In this document: positions 62,657-64,000 of the stretch, one piece after another | Numbering within the stretch: the first letter of the stretch is position 1 | Layout of the letters: each line of letters opens with the position of its first letter | From: an uncultured Gammaproteobacteria bacterium | GTDB taxonomy: Bacteria; Patescibacteriota; Microgenomatia; Levybacterales; GWA1-39-11 | Length of the DNA: 64,000 nt | Assembly (NCBI GenBank): GCA_964651815.1 | Contig: CAZYWG010000001.1 | Span: 129,189 to 193,188 of the forward strand | Reading direction: 5' to 3' | Program-made: the position numbers and the translations under genes | The notes under the pieces: model-generated | What the model was told of the DNA's origin: nothing | Databases searched by the model: none | What the model saw: only the letters and a program-made list of their open reading frames with translations

Positions 62657-64000
62657 TTTCACTCAGGTATTTATAAATGTACTTTTCGCGTTTTTACTCG
62701 CTTTTGTCCTTGCGTCAATTGTCATTGGGTGTTTAGCGGGGATTGTTCTTGCAGTGGGTTTTTGGAATAAAAGTAAAAAAAGGCACGAACGCGCACTTGA
62801 TACAACTCTTCTTGAAGTATCTCTTCCACGCGAAAATGAAATTAAGATTGACGCGGCAGAACAACTTTTCTCAAGCGTTATTTCTATCAAAGGTACAAAA
62901 GGAATATTTTCTTTTCTTAAAAACGCTGATAGCATTTCGTTTGAAATAGTCGCGCGTCCTCAAGACATTAGATTTTATGTTGGAGTACCAAATAAACTTC
63001 GTGACATGGTTGAAAAACAAATCCACGGAAGTTATCCTGACGCGCAAATTCTTCAAGTTGAGGACTACAATTTGTTTGAAACCCCGGGACACGTTGCGTA
63101 TTCGTCGCTCAAACTTAAAAAATCAAATTATTTACCCATAAAAACCTATAAGGATTTGCCTATTGATCCTCTATCGTCAATTACTAGCACGATAGCTAAA
63201 ATGACAGAGGGTGAAGGCGCTTCAATTCAGATTCTAGTGACTCCTTGTGGTGATTCCTGGAAAAAGGCAGGACGCGAATATATTACAACTACCAAAAAAC
63301 GCGAGGCAAATCCAGAGACTGCTAAGTATTCCGTTGACCAAAAAGAACTTGAATCAATTGAACAAAAAATAACAAAGCCGGGTTTTGCAGTATTTGTAAG
63401 ACTTCTGGTTGTCTCCTCAACCAAAGAATCATCGGAAGCGCATCTTACAAATATTAAAGGTTCTTTTTCACAATTTGAGTCTTCATACAACGCGTTTGAG
63501 GAAGAAAAAAACAGGTTTTTTAAAGGAATGGCAATTGTTGATTTTATTTACCGCCAACTACCCCTTATGCCAAAAGTTTTGGGAATTCTAAATACAGAAG
63601 AGCTTGCAACAATTTTTCATTTTCCAAACAAAACGGTTGAGACGCCGGGGATTCATTTTCTTGGGGCTCGCGTCGCACCTGCTCCTGCAAACATTCCAAC
63701 CAGCGGGCTTTATCTTGGGAAAAGTATTTACCGTGGACAGATTCGGGAAGTATACATGAACGATGATGACCGGAGACGCCACATGTATATAATAGGTAAG
63801 ACAGGCGTGGGAAAATCAGAATTTTTGAAGGATATGATTCTTCAAGACATTCGCAACGGCAAAGGGCTCTGCTTCATTGATCCTCATGATACAATAGACA
63901 TGATCTTGCCGCTTATCCCACCGGAACGTGCTGAAGATGTTATCCTGTTTGACCCTTCAGATACGGAACGCCCAATGGGTGTAAATTTCTTAGACGCCCA
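62643..64000 (+). CDS. Membrane-anchored P-loop NTPase (VirB4/VirD4/HerA/FtsK-like, AAA_10/DUF87-type), 3' partial
   Basis: Re-translated by hand: no stop codon from the ATG at 62643 to the window end (452 or more codons). A strong AGGAGG RBS lies 5 nt upstream. N-terminal TM helix VLFAFLLAFVLASIVIGCLAGIVLAV. Walker A HMYIIGKTGVGKSEF, followed by GLCFIDPHDT and VILFDPSD. Confidence 0.6.
   Translation, partial: MGLDNFTQVFINVLFAFLLAFVLASIVIGCLAGIVLAVGFWNKSKKRHERALDTTLLEVSLPRENEIKIDAAEQLFSSVISIKGTKGIFSFLKNADSISFEIVARPQDIRFYVGVPNKLRDMVEKQIHGSYPDAQILQVEDYNLFETPGHVAYSSLKLKKSNYLPIKTYKDLPIDPLSSITSTIAKMTEGEGASIQILVTPCGDSWKKAGREYITTTKKREANPETAKYSVDQKELESIEQKITKPGFAVFVRLLVVSSTKESSEAHLTNIKGSFSQFESSYNAFEEEKNRFFKGMAIVDFIYRQLPLMPKVLGILNTEELATIFHFPNKTVETPGIHFLGARVAPAPANIPTSGLYLGKSIYRGQIREVYMNDDDRRRHMYIIGKTGVGKSEFLKDMILQDIRNGKGLCFIDPHDTIDMILPLIPPERAEDVILFDPSDTERPMGVNFLDA

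Overview
This is a low-GC, tightly packed bacterial region that looks like a Patescibacteria/CPR-type genome. Genes are small, overlaps and translational coupling are common, and polytopic membrane proteins are abundant. Recognisable housekeeping genes anchor the window. On the minus strand are groES-groEL, lepA, the purine operon purL(purS-fused)-purQ-PfkB kinase-purM-purN with divergent purF, murJ and tpiA. On the plus strand are rpsT and a UvrD-like helicase. Between them sit three surface-glycan biosynthesis loci. Locus A (266-5594) combines a UbiA/DPPR-synthase-like prenyltransferase, an MraY/WecA-family transferase, an ArnT-like GT-C enzyme and a cellulose-synthase-like GT2. Locus B (27821-37762) carries an FAD oxidoreductase, two paralogous 'YYY-motif' (Chlor_Arch_YYY/DUF2298-like) 700+ aa membrane proteins, a Zn-ribbon methyltransferase, a GT-C enzyme, an epimerase and a HAD-like protein. 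Locus C (47295-60699) has GT2s, three methyltransferases, a carbamoyltransferase, an epimerase, a split transketolase, a GtrB-like GT2 and several GT-C-like membrane proteins. Other notable content: a SemiSWEET-cutA coupled pair, a PilN/PilO-like pair with large Thr/Pro-rich surface proteins, FemAB and LCP cell-wall genes, and a NiSOD sodN-sodX pair with a signal-peptide-like leader. There is also an ATP-cone + Mrr-type nuclease next to a higher-GC hypothetical gene, a secreted LamG + C39-like protein, and twin tRNA-Ser genes separated by a perfect hairpin. The window ends in a partial membrane-anchored P-loop ATPase (VirB4/VirD4/HerA-like) that the ORF track missed because it runs off the end. 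No CRISPR array, transposase or integrase was seen.
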